Virus record (IMG/VR): IMGVR_UViG_3300021364_003460
Location: 32,001 to 96,000 of that record
DNA length: 64,000 nucleotides
Reading direction: 5' to 3' (one strand)
Source: a virus
This document shows positions 62,155 to 64,000 of this stretch, piece after piece (position 1 is the stretch's first letter; each line of letters opens with the position of its first letter). A program made the translations under genes and the position numbers. The notes below the pieces were generated by a model. It saw only the letters and a list, made by a program, of their open reading frames with translations. It had not been told where the DNA came from and did no database searches.

Positions 62155-63306
62155 ATGAATATTACTAAGAAAGTAGTTCAGTTAGATAATAAACCTGAGA
62201 TGTATTCAGTTTCCAAGCTTAAAAAGTTTGGTGAATGTAGTCAAGCATATAAGTATACTTACATTGATAAAATTAAAGTATTTAGTCAATCTAACTCAAC
62301 TATTATAGGTTCTTTATTACATGACTCTTTAGAAATCTATTTACACTCAGATAACTCTTTACCTTTTATAGAAGTATTTGAGGAGCAATCTAAAAAGACT
62401 TTTATTAAAAGAAAGTACATTGTAGAAAACCTGGAAGAGGCTACTCTTAATAGACTTTATACTCAGTTAGTAGATTACTCTAGAGACATTAGAACTTTAC
62501 ATTACAGAGCTAGTGCTAACTACACTGGAAAGAATGCTATTAGGACTGCTAAAGGTGATGTACCTTCTAATCCTATGATGACTAGTGGTTGGAAACAGGC
62601 TGCTAAGAATCTTAATTTAGAGAGTAGGTATGAGGCTTTAAAAGAACAGTTTACTTTTATATCCAACTTACCTGAGATTGATTTAGTAGAAGCCTTTACT
62701 GAAGCTTACACACTAGCCTGCAATTATGAAACTCCAGTAGAGATAGTAGAAACTTTACATTTAGAGTTTCCATTATCAGATTACAACTATGAAACTAAAG
62801 AGTTTACTAACCCTGTGTTAATGCCAGATGAGTATGGTGGAGATTCAGGTATCTATCTTAATGGTTACATTGACTGGGTAGGTTATGTTAACTTTCAAGG
62901 TAAAAAGAGGTTTGCTCTTATAGATTACAAAACTAGTAAAGAGAACCTTACTGAAGATAAGTTAGAGTATCATGCTCAATTGTTAGCTTATGTTTATGCA
63001 GTGGAGAAACTATTAGGAATTGAAGTAGAAGTTATTGGGGTTCACTCTCTCAGACATAAGAAGTTAGCTTTAACTTTAGTTGATAGAGAGATACTGCAAG
63101 AAGCTAACAGAAGTCTATTTAGTAAACATAAAAAGATAGCTGCCTGTCAGTTTGAAAAAGATCATTTACCTGATAGCCAATACTCCCCATGTCTAAATAG
63201 TTTTTCCAGAGAATGCCCATACTTGTCACTCTGTTATCCTAAAATCTATAACAAATTACATCCTGAATCTTTAGCTAACCAATTAGAAAGTTTACTGGCT
63301 TCTTAG
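62155..63306 (+). CDS. PD-(D/E)xK exonuclease (RecB/AddB/Cas4-like)
   Basis: S.S.L..F..C...Y, G..LH..LE, GYIDWV, IDYKT, QL..Y, C-terminal C...C...C. Confidence 0.85.
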   Translation: MNITKKVVQLDNKPEMYSVSKLKKFGECSQAYKYTYIDKIKVFSQSNSTIIGSLLHDSLEIYLHSDNSLPFIEVFEEQSKKTFIKRKYIVENLEEATLNRLYTQLVDYSRDIRTLHYRASANYTGKNAIRTAKGDVPSNPMMTSGWKQAAKNLNLESRYEALKEQFTFISNLPEIDLVEAFTEAYTLACNYETPVEIVETLHLEFPLSDYNYETKEFTNPVLMPDEYGGDSGIYLNGYIDWVGYVNFQGKKRFALIDYKTSKENLTEDKLEYHAQLLAYVYAVEKLLGIEVEVIGVHSLRHKKLALTLVDREILQEANRSLFSKHKKIAACQFEKDHLPDSQYSPCLNSFSRECPYLSLCYPKIYNKLHPESLANQLESLLAS

Positions 63307-63404
63307 AAATGCTCACTTTATACTAGTATTTTATAGACATTTAATGCCTACTTAATATACACTTTAGTAATATTAATAATATTATTTTAAAGTTTATATT
63401 AAGA

Positions 63405-63797
63405 ATGGCTAAACCTAATCCAGTATTGAATACTTTTATGAAGTATTTACGTTCAGAGTTTCCTGAACAAGGTAATTTAGATTTGAGTAATGTCTTAGAT
63501 GAAAACTTAAGTAGAGTAAAATTTACTTATCTTGAAGTTAAAGAAGCAATGTTAAAGTTCAAGACAGTAGACCCTGATTTACATAGGTTGCTGGCTTATT
63601 TTTGGCAGAGTACAAGAAGTAGAAATGCTATTGCAGAAGCCTTACACTTTGATCCTTCTACAGTTAAACGTAGAGCTAACAAAGGTATGGGAATCATATT
63701 GAACTATCTAGTAAATAGTGAAGTGACTGCTGACTTAGAACCTATTGATATCTACTGGATTGAAGCTAAAAAAAATGGTACTCTAGCTAACGCTTAG
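63405..63797 (+). CDS. sigma-70 region 4-like HTH protein
   Basis: LL..FW...SRNAIAEALHFDPSTVKRR...G. Confidence 0.55.
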   Translation: MAKPNPVLNTFMKYLRSEFPEQGNLDLSNVLDENLSRVKFTYLEVKEAMLKFKTVDPDLHRLLAYFWQSTRSRNAIAEALHFDPSTVKRRANKGMGIILNYLVNSEVTADLEPIDIYWIEAKKNGTLANA

Positions 63798-63822
63798 AAA
63801 GTAATTAAATAAAACAAAGGAA

Positions 63823-63850
63823 AGGAAGTCTTCTGTAAAGTTGGCTTCCT
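63823..63850 (+). terminator. putative terminator
   Basis: AGGAAGTC/GGCTTCCT stem then ATTTT. Confidence 0.55.
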
Positions 63851-63877
63851 ATTTTAATATTTATTAGAGAATAAAAT

Positions 63878-64000
63878 ATGACAACAGAAAGCTTAAACTT
63901 AGCAACTATTGAGGTTATTGAAGATATCTTTCCTCACCCTGACCCTGAAGTAGAAAGATTAGAGATTGCTAAAGTTCTCAATTTTACTTGTGTAGTAAGT
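63878..64000 (+). CDS. RNA ligase, DRB0094 family (5' partial)
   Basis: Own translation LATIEVIEDIFPHPDPEVERLEIAKVLNFTCVV matches the recalled DRB0094 N-terminal pattern LA.I..I..I.P.P.AD.LE.A.V.GW..VV. Confidence 0.7.
   Translation, partial: MTTESLNLATIEVIEDIFPHPDPEVERLEIAKVLNFTCVVS

Noticed and set aside
62155-63306. Cas4 of a CRISPR locus
   Set aside because: No repeat-spacer array or other cas genes; the context is recombination
1-64000. tRNA genes and CRISPR arrays
   Set aside because: No T-loop GTTCRA cloverleaf or regularly spaced repeats found by eye; tRNAscan-SE and a CRISPR finder would confirm
1-64000. Avoidance of the AvaII site GGWCC as a host signature
   Set aside because: Several GGACC/GGTCC sites are present (for example near 7973, 25052, 38769 and 51090)

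Overview
AT-rich (about 30% GC by eye), densely coding window from a large cyanophage, covering its replication, nucleotide-metabolism and counter-defence region. An NblA homologue, a monomeric class II RNR and a HIP1 octamer point to a freshwater or filamentous cyanobacterial host. Recognisable genes: intein-containing nrdJ preceded by a PduO-like cobalamin adenosyltransferase; a complete Hen1-Pnkp RNA repair pair; phoH, nblA and recA; miniaturised ArgRS-like and CysRS-like proteins; a TV-Pol-like minimal family A polymerase with a divergent RHH gene and a hairpin cluster; polA split by an antisense LAGLIDADG gene; a dNMP kinase/CYTH/HD/thyA/folA cluster; a beta clamp; dnaX interrupted in its Walker A motif by a group I intron; SF2 and Pif1 helicases, dnaG, ruvC and a PD-(D/E)xK nuclease; and the start of a DRB0094-type RNA ligase. 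Window-wide patterns: nine proteins end in an ssrA-like -AA, a motif AACT[A/G]AATA sits next to the start codons of key genes, and several small accessory ORFs carry nonsense or frameshift lesions while the large genes are intact. Two ORFs labelled + in the supplied track (28759..30234 and 37500..38381) are on the minus strand. No tRNA or CRISPR array was seen. All family assignments come from motif recognition by eye; no searches were run.
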